Below, in pieces: positions 15,777 through 23,945 of a stretch of DNA of 36,696 bases. The DNA is from an uncultured Anaerolineaceae bacterium (GTDB taxonomy: Bacteria; Chloroflexota; Anaerolineae; JAAYZQ01): the NCBI GenBank assembly GCA_964593865.1, contig CAZQKE010000132.1, positions 1-36,696 on the forward strand, given 5' to 3'. Each line of letters begins with the position of its first letter. Position 1 is the stretch's first letter. Below the pieces are notes generated by a model. It saw only the letters and a list, made by a program, of their open reading frames with translations. It had not been told where the DNA came from and did no database searches. The position numbers and the translations under genes are program-made.

Positions 15777-16163
15777 TCATGGTGATTCATGCTCTTTCCG
15801 GCAAATCCCACGGATGGCCCGGACGATCTCTTCCGGATCGGTGTCTTTGGGGAGAAAGGCAGCGGCTCCTATTCTCTTTGCCCAGGTGCGAAACGCTTGG
15901 CTACTGTGGAGGGTCAGGATAACGATCCGCACGGAAGGCCACCGCTCTCGGATGACTTGGGTCGCCCACAGGCCCTCTCGGTCCGGCATGTCAATGTCCA
16001 TCAAAATCACATTGGGGCGGAGCCGTTCAACCGCCTCGACCGCCGCACGGCCACTCCCGACGGCGGCGAGCACTTGGATCCCTCCCTCCTCCTGAAACAT
16101 CTGCGAGAGACTCTGCCCGTAGGCTGTATTGCCCTCCGCAATGAGTACCGTGACCGTCTTCAC
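15777..16163 (-). CDS. Stand-alone CheY-like receiver-domain response regulator with no output domain.
   Basis: A GTG start at 16163 is proposed, preceded by GAGAGG. The phospho-acceptor region is VILMDIDMPDREGL. The receiver fold extends through ILTLHSS and KRIGAAAFLPKD. The track ORF adds 59 non-conserved codons upstream. Confidence 0.7.
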   Translation of the reverse strand: MKTVTVLIAEGNTAYGQSLSQMFQEEGGIQVLAAVGSGRAAVEAVERLRPNVILMDIDMPDREGLWATQVIRERWPSVRIVILTLHSSQAFRTWAKRIGAAAFLPKDTDPEEIVRAIRGICRKEHESP

Positions 16164-16248
16164 TTTTGCCTCTCGTGATCCAGGCCGACCCGGCGCACCC
16201 CGAGAATCCGGCGGGCTTTGGCGATGTTCTCCGGTTCCATCTCTCCAC

Positions 16249-16278
16249 AGTATACCGAGGGGGAGTTGTGCTGTCACG
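16249..16278 (-). promoter_or_regulatory. Putative sigma70-type promoter for the orphan receiver gene.
   Basis: In minus-strand sense the sequence reads GTGACA-17 nt-TATACT. The -10 box (rc) sits at 16249-16254. The gene start lies about 85 nt downstream. Confidence 0.3.
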
Positions 16279-16477
16279 GGACCGAGGCCCCGGTCGGACC
16301 GGGAAAAGGGGCCTAGTGGACAATAGGTCCACGGTCCCACAAAGGGGGACCGCTGCAGGCGGTCCGGGTGGAGGGGAGGGGGTGTGGCCTGTGCCGAACC
16401 ACGGAGGACAAGCCCGGAGTTTGCGCGAAAAGCGGCGGGCGAGGCTGCCTCTGCCGTACCTATGGCCCGGCGTTTGC

Positions 16478-17179
16478 CTAAAGGGGAGACTGTGTCTCAT
16501 CTACCCGCACCAAGCCCTTGCGGATGGCATAGAGCATGGCTTGGGTACGGTCGTAGAGGTGTAGCTTGGAGAAGATGTTATTGATATGGTTCTTGACCGT
16601 TTTTTCACTGATGCCCAGCTCACGGGCGATCTCTTTGTTGGGCCGACCGGCGGCGATGAGCTTGAGCACTTCTATCTCGCGGGGGGTGAGATCATCTACC
16701 AAAGGGGGATGCGGAGGGCGAGCGGTGAATTGATGCAGCACTTTTTGGGCGATGGTGGCTCCCAGGAGCGATTCGCCGTGGGCAATGGCGCGAATGGCCC
16801 GCAGCATGGTCTCCGGATCGGCGTTTTTGAGGATGTACCCTTGTCCACCGGCCTGCAAGCCGCGAAAGATGGTTTCATCGTCTTCAAACATGGTCACAAA
16901 GACGACGCCGATGTGGGGCATTTCCCGATGGATGATACGGGTGGCCTCTATGCCGTCCAGGGGCGAATTTGCCTTCCCCGCGCCCCGGCGGTCTACGGGC
17001 ATACGTATATCCATGAGGATAACGTCGGGCATCAGGGCGCGGGCTTTTTCCAGGGCCTCCCGCCCTGTGGCGGCTTCCCCCACTACTTCAATGTCGTCCT
17101 CCGCCTCCAACATTTTGCGCACGCCCTTGCGAAAGAGGGTATGATCGTCGGCAACGAGAACGCGAATCCTTTCCACCAT
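16478..17179 (-). CDS. NarL/LuxR-family response regulator with an insertion in the receiver domain.
   Basis: The second in-frame ATG, at 17179, has a GGAGAT RBS. The receiver begins IRVLVADDH and continues [10 protein letters not shown] roughly 15-aa insert, [15 protein letters not shown], follows. The C-terminal LuxR HTH is [43 protein letters not shown]. Confidence 0.85.
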   Translation of the reverse strand: MVERIRVLVADDHTLFRKGVRKMLEAEDDIEVVGEAATGREALEKARALMPDVILMDIRMPVDRRGAGKANSPLDGIEATRIIHREMPHIGVVFVTMFEDDETIFRGLQAGGQGYILKNADPETMLRAIRAIAHGESLLGATIAQKVLHQFTARPPHPPLVDDLTPREIEVLKLIAAGRPNKEIARELGISEKTVKNHINNIFSKLHLYDRTQAMLYAIRKGLVRVDETQSPL

Positions 17180-17225
17180 CGTTGATCTCCAGGTCATCGT
17201 CTTACACTATGCTGCGCGATACGGA

Positions 17226-19676
17226 TTAGGTCCGATGTGGATCGGGTCTTTCGGCATCTTGCAGGGGAATGACGACCTGCACCTCCGTTCCGGCTCCCGG
17301 TGCGCTTGTGACCTCAAGCCGCCCGCCCAGCTGCTCTGCCCGCTCCTTTATGCTCCACAGCCCCAGGTGCGATCCGGAGCGGGGAGCTTGGGGATCAAAT
17401 CCCCGTCCGTTGTCGGCAATGCGCAGGGTCACCCGATTCTCATCCTGTTCCAGTGTCACATCCACCCGCCGTGCTTTGGCATGACGCACCACGTTGTTCA
17501 GCGATTCTTGGGTGATGCGAAAGAGGGCCATCTCTACCGCCGCCGGGAGCCGTTCGCCCTCCTGAACGGTGAAACGGATGTCCAGGCCGTGCTCCCGTCG
17601 GCAATAGGCCAGGTATTCGCGCAGGGCCGGGACCAGCCCCAACTCGTCCAAAGCCGCAGGTCGTAGGTCGTAGATCAAGCGGCGGATGTCCTGGATGTTG
17701 GCTTGGGCCAGTTCGGCCAGTTCCGCGATCTCTTCCGCAACGGGGTGGCGATCCCGCAGCAGACGTTTGCGGGCGGTATGGAGGCGGATGTTCATGCTGG
17801 CCAGGGCGGGGCCGAGGCCATCGTGCAGTTCCTGGGCAATGCGCCGTCGCTCCTCCTCCTGGGCCGCCGTTACCTGGGCCAACTGGCGGCGCAGGATGTT
17901 CACCCGTTCTTCGTGCAACCGGGCGTTTTCCAGGGCCAGGGCGGTGGTTCTCCCCATGGTGACCAGAATCTCTACGTCGTCTCCCGAATAAGGCATTTGG
18001 GAACGTTTTTCCCCCAAGTTGATGAGGCCGACCACCTTTTCATCCGCCAGGAGGGGGATGCAGAGTACGGCATTCAAGGAGCGCAGTTCTTCTTCGGCCC
18101 CCGGCGGGACCGAAGCGGCGGATCTCTCTTCTCCGGCGGAGTGGAGGAGAAGGGGCTTTCCTTCCCGTTCTACCCATCCGGCTGCGCCTGTCCCCTGCCG
18201 GAACCGGATGTGCCGGGCCTGGTGGTTTAGGTTGTGGGAAGCGACAACTCGGTACTCCTCCCCGGCCGGTACCATCACCGATGCGGTTTCCGCACCCATG
18301 GCCGTAGCCACGGCATCCAACACCAGGTTGAGCACTTCCTGGGTAGTGTGCAGGCCGGATAGGGAGCGGGTGAAGGAAACGAGCACCTGCCTGGCCCGGT
18401 ATTTGTGCCGGAAAAAGAGACGGTCCACCAGGAGCTGCAGTTGCGCCCGGATCGGCTGGAGGAGAAGGGCAATGACCAGGGTAGAAAGGGCCAGGGCCAA
18501 GTTGGAGGTCTGTCCGGTGAGGGCTTGGGACACACCCTGCAGCACCGTGACCAGGGCGACGTAGAGGCCGGTCAGCAGCAAGGTGAGCGTGCCGTAGACC
18601 AGGCTGCGGCGGATGATGATGTCAATATCCCACAGGTGATAGCGGATGATGGAAAAGGCCACGGCGAGCGGGATCAGCAGGAGCAGCAACAAGGCCAGCG
18701 CATCGGGCAACAACCGCCGGGTTCCCAAAATGGCGGGTAGGCTATAGAGGGTGAGGACGGGCAAAAGGGCGACGCCTGCGGCCCAAGCCAGCCAACGCAA
18801 CTGGGCCTTTGCCAACGGCTGGCGGATGGTCCGGAAACTGTGGAGAAAGACGCCCAACGCTCCGAGGCCGCCGACCAGGGCCAGGAAATGGTCGGTGCGG
18901 TAGAGACGGTTCAGCCCTTGCGAGGCGGTCGAGCCGGTCAACGAAGCACCGATGGCCAGAAGGGGAAATATGCCGTAGATCGCCGCGGGAACCAGGACCG
19001 GGTGGCGGGTGATGACGCCTTTTCTCAAGGGGAAGAGGAGGGAAAAGTGCAATCCGGCGGCCAGCAAAAGCCACCATGAGACCTGATCCACCGCCAGGTG
19101 GAGCCAAAAGGGCCATCCCTGCACGATGAGGCTGGGTTGGATCTCAAAGATTTCGCCGCTGCGTTGGACGGCTACGGCCAAGCAGATGACCAGGAACAGA
19201 CGGGCAGCCGGGTCTCCCGGTCTGCGCCGGAAGACAAAGCAACCGAATAGTAGGAAGACCAGGCTGAACAAAAAGTGCAACAGGTTCCATTGCAGAACCG
19301 TTCCCAGGGGAAGGAGGTGGAGGGTGACGCCCACCGTTTGCTCGATCCCTTGCCGCACGATGACATAGGGGACCGTCATCCCTGCCGACCAACGGGGCCG
19401 GGGCACCCGGACCTGCAGCCATTCCTCCAATGGGCGACCGTCTATGCGGGAGACCCAATCGTTCAGTTGCAGGCCGTTCGGATACGCCAGCAGGCGGTCT
19501 ACGCACTGGATTCCATCCGACCGAATGTGGTTGATCCCGGTCCGGCATCCATCACTGGGGAGGTGGGTTTGCAAGGTAAAGTCCAGGAGGATGTAACCTA
19601 TGGCGACGACAACCAGGCTCCAAAAGAATGCTCTGACTTTGCCACCCCTTATGAAACGGGAGAATCGGTCCTCCAC
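17226..19676 (-). CDS. Membrane sensor histidine kinase. Its domains are an N-terminal PDZ-like domain, a polytopic transmembrane region, a GAF domain, a HisKA_3 domain and a HATPase_c domain.
   Basis: A GTG start at 19676 is proposed, preceded by GGGAGGGAGGAG. The H-box is ELHDGLGPALASM, as in NarX/LiaS-type kinases. The G-box region reads DNGRGFD...GLWSIKERAEQLGGRLEVTSAPGAGTEV. Multiple hydrophobic helices span residues 120-380. It forms an operon with the LuxR regulator 46 nt downstream. Confidence 0.85.
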   Translation of the reverse strand: MEDRFSRFIRGGKVRAFFWSLVVVAIGYILLDFTLQTHLPSDGCRTGINHIRSDGIQCVDRLLAYPNGLQLNDWVSRIDGRPLEEWLQVRVPRPRWSAGMTVPYVIVRQGIEQTVGVTLHLLPLGTVLQWNLLHFLFSLVFLLFGCFVFRRRPGDPAARLFLVICLAVAVQRSGEIFEIQPSLIVQGWPFWLHLAVDQVSWWLLLAAGLHFSLLFPLRKGVITRHPVLVPAAIYGIFPLLAIGASLTGSTASQGLNRLYRTDHFLALVGGLGALGVFLHSFRTIRQPLAKAQLRWLAWAAGVALLPVLTLYSLPAILGTRRLLPDALALLLLLLIPLAVAFSIIRYHLWDIDIIIRRSLVYGTLTLLLTGLYVALVTVLQGVSQALTGQTSNLALALSTLVIALLLQPIRAQLQLLVDRLFFRHKYRARQVLVSFTRSLSGLHTTQEVLNLVLDAVATAMGAETASVMVPAGEEYRVVASHNLNHQARHIRFRQGTGAAGWVEREGKPLLLHSAGEERSAASVPPGAEEELRSLNAVLCIPLLADEKVVGLINLGEKRSQMPYSGDDVEILVTMGRTTALALENARLHEERVNILRRQLAQVTAAQEEERRRIAQELHDGLGPALASMNIRLHTARKRLLRDRHPVAEEIAELAELAQANIQDIRRLIYDLRPAALDELGLVPALREYLAYCRREHGLDIRFTVQEGERLPAAVEMALFRITQESLNNVVRHAKARRVDVTLEQDENRVTLRIADNGRGFDPQAPRSGSHLGLWSIKERAEQLGGRLEVTSAPGAGTEVQVVIPLQDAERPDPHRT

Positions 19677-19877
19677 CGGTCACACTCCTCCCTCCCCAAA
19701 GCAAACCCGTCCGCTCCGAGCGGCTTGCCAGGGCATTATAACACATCCGGCAAGGCAGTGCAACCCCGATCCGGCCAGGTCGGCGGTCCGGCGGTCGGGC
19801 AGTCGACATGGCCGGGCCTCCTTCATTTGCCAGGATCTGCTTTTTGTGGCAAAGTAAGGGAGATAAGGAGGTGCACA

Positions 19878-21428
19878 ATGCGGGCTATCATCAGCGTATC
19901 CGATAAAAGGGGCCTGGCGGAGTTGGGCCGAGGGCTGGAAGGGTTGGGTTTTGAGATCTATGCCAGCAGCGGGACCCGACGGGCTTTGGAGGAGACCGGC
20001 GTCGCCGCCCGACCGGTGGGCGATTTGACCGGGTTTCCCGAGATCTTGGGAGGACGGGTCAAGACTCTACACCCCGCCGTTTACGGTGGCATCTTGGCCC
20101 GCCGCGACCGCGCCGCCGATCTGGAGGAGCTGGCCCGTTACGGTCTGCGTCCCGTCGACCTGGTCGCCGTCAATCTCTATCCCTTTGCCCAGACGGTAGC
20201 CCGGCCCGATGTCGGTCTGAATGCAGCCCTGGAACAGATTGACATCGGCGGACCGACCCTGCTACGGGCGGCTGCCAAGAATTTTCCGGCGGTGTTGCCC
20301 TTGTGCGATCCGGCCGACTATGAGGATGCGCTGGCGGCATTAGCCCGCCCCGGCGGTCCCGATCCGGCGTTTCGGCGACGGATGGCGGCCAAAGCGTTCC
20401 GCCATGTCGCCGTTTACGATGCTTTGATCGCCGACTTTTTGGGGGGCGAAGAGGAGTGGCCCGCGGAGCTGCCTTTGGGCCTCCACAAACTCCAGGAGAT
20501 GCGCTACGGCGAAAACCCACAGCAAAGGGCCGCTTTTTATGCCCTACCCAAGCCGGGCCGTCCTCTTACCGGCCTGGCCGCTGCCCGACAGCTGCAGGGC
20601 AAACCCCTATCCTACAACAACATCCTGGATGCCGACGCCGCCTGGGCCGTCGTTGCCGACTTTGCGCCGGCGACGGTCGCCATCATCAAGCATACCAATC
20701 CCTGCGGCCTGGCACACGCCGACGATCCCATCACGGCCTACGAACTGGCCCTTTCCGGCGATCCCCTGGCCGCCTTTGGCGGCATCGTTGCCCTCAACGT
20801 CCCCCTGGGCGAGCGGCTGGCCCGACGCCTGGTCGAGCGTTTTTATGAGATCGTCCTGGCTCCCCAGGTGAGCAAATCCGCCTTGTCCGTGCTGGCGGCA
20901 CGGCCCAACTTGCGGGTTCTGGCCCTGCCCCTCGCTCCGCGGCGAGATCGGACATGGCGCAGCGTGATGGGGGGCGTTTTGGTCCAGGAGGCAGACCGGA
21001 TGGCCGAAGGGGAGGTCCGCCGAGGGCAGGTCGTCACCCGCCGCCGTCCGACGGAGTCGGAATGGGAGACGTTGGCCTTTGCCTGGCGGGCCGTCCGCTT
21101 TGTCAAGTCAAATGCCGTTGTGTTGGCCCAAGGCGAGGAAAGGTTGGGCGCAGGGCGGTGGGCGGTGGTAGGCATGGGGGCCGGACAGCCCTCACGGGTG
21201 GCGGCGGTGGAAATTGCCACCCGAAGGGCGGGAGGGCGCGCGGCAGGAGCGGCCCTCGCCTCCGATGCCTTTTTCCCCAAAGCCGACGGGGTGGAAGCGG
21301 CGGCCCGCGCCGGGGTACGGGCCATCGTTCAGCCGGGAGGCTCGCGGGGTGATGCGGAGGTCATCGCCGCTGCCGATGCCGCCGGGCTGACCATGGTCTT
21401 TACCGGGAGACGACACTTTCTCCACTAG
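19878..21428 (+). CDS. purH: Bifunctional AICAR transformylase / IMP cyclohydrolase.
   Basis: The ATG at 19878 is preceded by AAGGAGG. The N-terminus is [13 protein letters not shown], the MGS-like domain. The [14 protein letters not shown] and C-terminal AICARFT-like regions match PurH throughout. The track ORF adds 201 spurious N-terminal codons. Confidence 0.95.
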   Translation: MRAIISVSDKRGLAELGRGLEGLGFEIYASSGTRRALEETGVAARPVGDLTGFPEILGGRVKTLHPAVYGGILARRDRAADLEELARYGLRPVDLVAVNLYPFAQTVARPDVGLNAALEQIDIGGPTLLRAAAKNFPAVLPLCDPADYEDALAALARPGGPDPAFRRRMAAKAFRHVAVYDALIADFLGGEEEWPAELPLGLHKLQEMRYGENPQQRAAFYALPKPGRPLTGLAAARQLQGKPLSYNNILDADAAWAVVADFAPATVAIIKHTNPCGLAHADDPITAYELALSGDPLAAFGGIVALNVPLGERLARRLVERFYEIVLAPQVSKSALSVLAARPNLRVLALPLAPRRDRTWRSVMGGVLVQEADRMAEGEVRRGQVVTRRRPTESEWETLAFAWRAVRFVKSNAVVLAQGEERLGAGRWAVVGMGAGQPSRVAAVEIATRRAGGRAAGAALASDAFFPKADGVEAAARAGVRAIVQPGGSRGDAEVIAAADAAGLTMVFTGRRHFLH

Positions 21429-21437
21429 AAGACCGCC

Positions 21438-21878
21438 TTAGTAAGGCGAGCCGGTGATATAGTTTTCCAACTGCTCAATGATGAATTCCTGCTCCGAGAT
21501 GATGGCTTTGACTACATCGCCGATGGATACCAGGCCGATGACGCGATCATCCTCTACGACGGGCAGGTGACGCACCCGCTTATCGGTCATCAAGGCCATG
21601 CATTCCTCGATGGTCTCATCGGGGCGTGCACAAATGACCCGCTTGGTCATTATCTCCGTCACGGGCACGTCGCCCGCCTTTTTGCCCAGGAGGTCCACCT
21701 TGCGGGCGTAATCCCGTTCGGAAAGGATGCCCAGTAGCTTCTCTCCGTCCATGATAAGGACGGCACCGATGTTCTTGTCCGCCATCAGCCGCAGAGCATC
21801 GTAGACCGTCGCTTCCGGCGGCAAGGACCAGACTTGGTTCCCTTTGTTCCGCAGAATGTCCTTTGCCGTTTTTGCCAT
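21438..21878 (-). CDS. CBS-pair domain protein.
   Basis: The ATG at 21878 is preceded by GAGGAGGGAGGAG. Two CBS motifs are present. One spans GAVLIMDGEKLLGILSERD. The other spans RHLPVVEDDRVIGLVSIGD. Confidence 0.85.
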   Translation of the reverse strand: MAKTAKDILRNKGNQVWSLPPEATVYDALRLMADKNIGAVLIMDGEKLLGILSERDYARKVDLLGKKAGDVPVTEIMTKRVICARPDETIEECMALMTDKRVRHLPVVEDDRVIGLVSIGDVVKAIISEQEFIIEQLENYITGSPY

Positions 21879-21944
21879 CTCCTCCCTCCTCGGTTTTCGC
21901 CGCTGCACCTTTTGGGTAGCGTTGACTACCCGGTCGCCCGTTCC

Positions 21945-21973
21945 ATTATACCCCGAATTGATGATAGAAGCAA
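21945..21973 (-). promoter_or_regulatory. Sigma70-like promoter for the CBS gene.
   Basis: In minus-strand sense the sequence reads TTGCTT-17 nt-TATAAT. A roughly 65-nt leader follows. It contains the hairpin GGGTAG-tcaac-GCTACCC. Confidence 0.45.
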
Positions 21974-22040
21974 GTGCAGCCCGAATCGCAAGTTGCCGTC
22001 GCCGAATCGGGACGGAGAGGACCGAGTTCTGAGGGCGTTG

Positions 22041-23780
22041 CTAACGACGGCGCCAGGCCGAAGGGGGCAGCCTCGGTCGGATCGGCGGCAGGCGGCGTAG
22101 CGGCTCCGACCGGGCGAGGATGGGGCCATAGAGCCGGGTACCACCGTACACGTCCACCGCTTCGAGCCAATAACGATAGGTGACGCCGGGAATCGCCGTG
22201 GTATCCGCAAAGTGATAGCGGGCGCCAATAGGGCTGCCTGGGTTTTGAGCAGCGATCAGCCGGTCATTGAGCCGGACCCGGTCCTCCAGGGCGGAACGGT
22301 AAAGGTTGAACCCCAGGTTGTCCGTCTCGGCTGCAGTCTCCCACCGGAGCAGAATCCCGCCGCCATCCGCGGCCGACGATGCGTCAAAAGAGGCCAAAAC
22401 GACCGCCGTCGGGAGGTTGCAGCCGTTGGTCTGCCAATTGGCAAAGTCTACATAGTCCGATACTTCGTTCCCCTGACCGGTGGGATTGGCGGTGGGGTGA
22501 TACGGACCGCTGCTGTGACCCCACCACAGGCCGGTCGCACGAATGACGCCACCGGCATTGGCTGCATAAGCCCCCCGGTCGTTATCGTAGACGCAGCTGG
22601 CCGTCACGGTAATGGGCGATGTCGTCATGTTGACGATCCCCCCATAGCCAACGCTGTTGGAGTAGACATGCCGATTATCGTAGATAAGGCATCTGCTGAT
22701 GAAAACGCGGGTCGGTGTAGCGTTGTTGCGATATGGCTCGCCAAAGCGGATGCCCCGTTCATTGCCGGAGATGGTACAGTTGGTCACGGTTACGTTGTCC
22801 AGCGTTGCAGGAAAGGAGCTGTAGTTGCCGTCATCGCGGGCTTTGATCATGATCCCCACGCCTTCTTGCAGTCCCAAGGCGTTGGCCGTGATGGTTATCC
22901 GATCAAAGGTCAGGTTGTGGTAGTCTCCGGCCTTGAGATTGATGTCAAAACCGGCGTTCCAACGCTTGTTCCAGAATACCTGATCAATGCCGTTGTTGTG
23001 GACGGTCACGCGGCGGAAGGTAGCGTTGGACAATTTCTCAACATAGATGCCTTTGGCTCCGTTGTAGCTGAAGCTGGTGTCGGTCACGGTGATGTATTCG
23101 ACGACGCTGGTATCGGCCGAGACCTCTTTGAAAAAGTACCATCCATCGGTCAGGTGATCAAAGGCCGAGTTGCTCACCTCCAGGTGGGTCAGGCTGGCCG
23201 TCGGCTGCACGTTCAACCCCCGCTCGTTCTCTCGGCCCGTTTCCTCATTGGTCCCGATCACCCGCAGGTCGTCCATTTTGATAAAGGAGACGGTCCCCGC
23301 GGGTATGTCAATGCCTATCATCTGCACCGGCTCGACGCGCAGGCTTTGCAACAGGATGGGATCGGCAGCCGATGCCCCCGAAGCACGCAACGTGATTACC
23401 GCGCTCCCGGTAGATGACCGCAATATTGTGTTGCCGGTCGGATCGCTGCCGCTCCCCGCCCCCCGCAGCGAAAGGTGCTTGTCAATCTGGATGGTCTCTG
23501 TGTAGACCCCGGCGGCGATCTGCACCGTGCCACCGACATCCACCAGATCTATGCCGCGTTGCACGGTCTGAACGGCACAGGACTGCCCCGGCCCGCCACC
23601 GGGATAGGGAATGTTGACCGTGCCGTCACAGTTGACATCATCCCCATCCGGACGAACATAGATAGGCGTCGCAGCCCACGCGGTGGAGACGCCCCCCATG
23701 ATGCCCAAGAGCAGACCGAAAAGCAGAACCGATCCCAGGATCACGAGAATTTCTCTAGACAACCGCCTACTTGCAAACAT
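22041..23780 (-). CDS. Secreted right-handed parallel beta-helix (PbH1) repeat protein with a C-terminal beta-sandwich-like domain.
   Basis: The ATG at 23780 has a GAGGAG RBS. The signal/anchor sequence is ILVILGSVLLFGLLLGIMGG. Repeated turns of the NxTxxxN/GxxI type occur, for example TNCTISGNERGIRFGE and ITITANALG. The C-terminus reads GFNLYRS...PGVTYRYWLEAVDVYG. Confidence 0.8.
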   Translation of the reverse strand: MFASRRLSREILVILGSVLLFGLLLGIMGGVSTAWAATPIYVRPDGDDVNCDGTVNIPYPGGGPGQSCAVQTVQRGIDLVDVGGTVQIAAGVYTETIQIDKHLSLRGAGSGSDPTGNTILRSSTGSAVITLRASGASAADPILLQSLRVEPVQMIGIDIPAGTVSFIKMDDLRVIGTNEETGRENERGLNVQPTASLTHLEVSNSAFDHLTDGWYFFKEVSADTSVVEYITVTDTSFSYNGAKGIYVEKLSNATFRRVTVHNNGIDQVFWNKRWNAGFDINLKAGDYHNLTFDRITITANALGLQEGVGIMIKARDDGNYSSFPATLDNVTVTNCTISGNERGIRFGEPYRNNATPTRVFISRCLIYDNRHVYSNSVGYGGIVNMTTSPITVTASCVYDNDRGAYAANAGGVIRATGLWWGHSSGPYHPTANPTGQGNEVSDYVDFANWQTNGCNLPTAVVLASFDASSAADGGGILLRWETAAETDNLGFNLYRSALEDRVRLNDRLIAAQNPGSPIGARYHFADTTAIPGVTYRYWLEAVDVYGGTRLYGPILARSEPLRRLPPIRPRLPPSAWRRR

Positions 23781-23816
23781 CTTGATACAACACTCCTCAA
23801 AGTGATGTTAAGGGCA

Positions 23817-23845
23817 ACGATAGCAGGTTTCTTTCCCCCTGTCAA
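23817..23845 (-). promoter_or_regulatory. Sigma70-like promoter for the beta-helix gene.
   Basis: In minus-strand sense the sequence reads TTGACA (rc of 23840-23845)-17 nt-TATCGT (rc of 23817-23822). The ATG at 23780 lies about 30 nt downstream. Confidence 0.45.
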
Positions 23846-23865
23846 TAGGCTGCTTGTCTTAATCC

Positions 23866-23909
23866 GAACGGGGGAAAACAAGACCTCCGAAGCCGCAAGC
23901 TTCGGAGGT
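23866..23909 (-). terminator. Rho-independent terminator of the cNMP-like/AckA/PduL gene.
   Basis: A 12-bp stem GACCTCCGAAGC/GCTTCGGAGGTC with a 5-nt loop sits at 23881-23909. In minus-strand sense it is followed by TTGTTTTCCCCC. It lies 37 nt past the stop at 23946. Confidence 0.6.
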
Positions 23910-23945
23910 CCGCTCCTTCTTCGGTGGGTTCGGTGACGGTACGAT

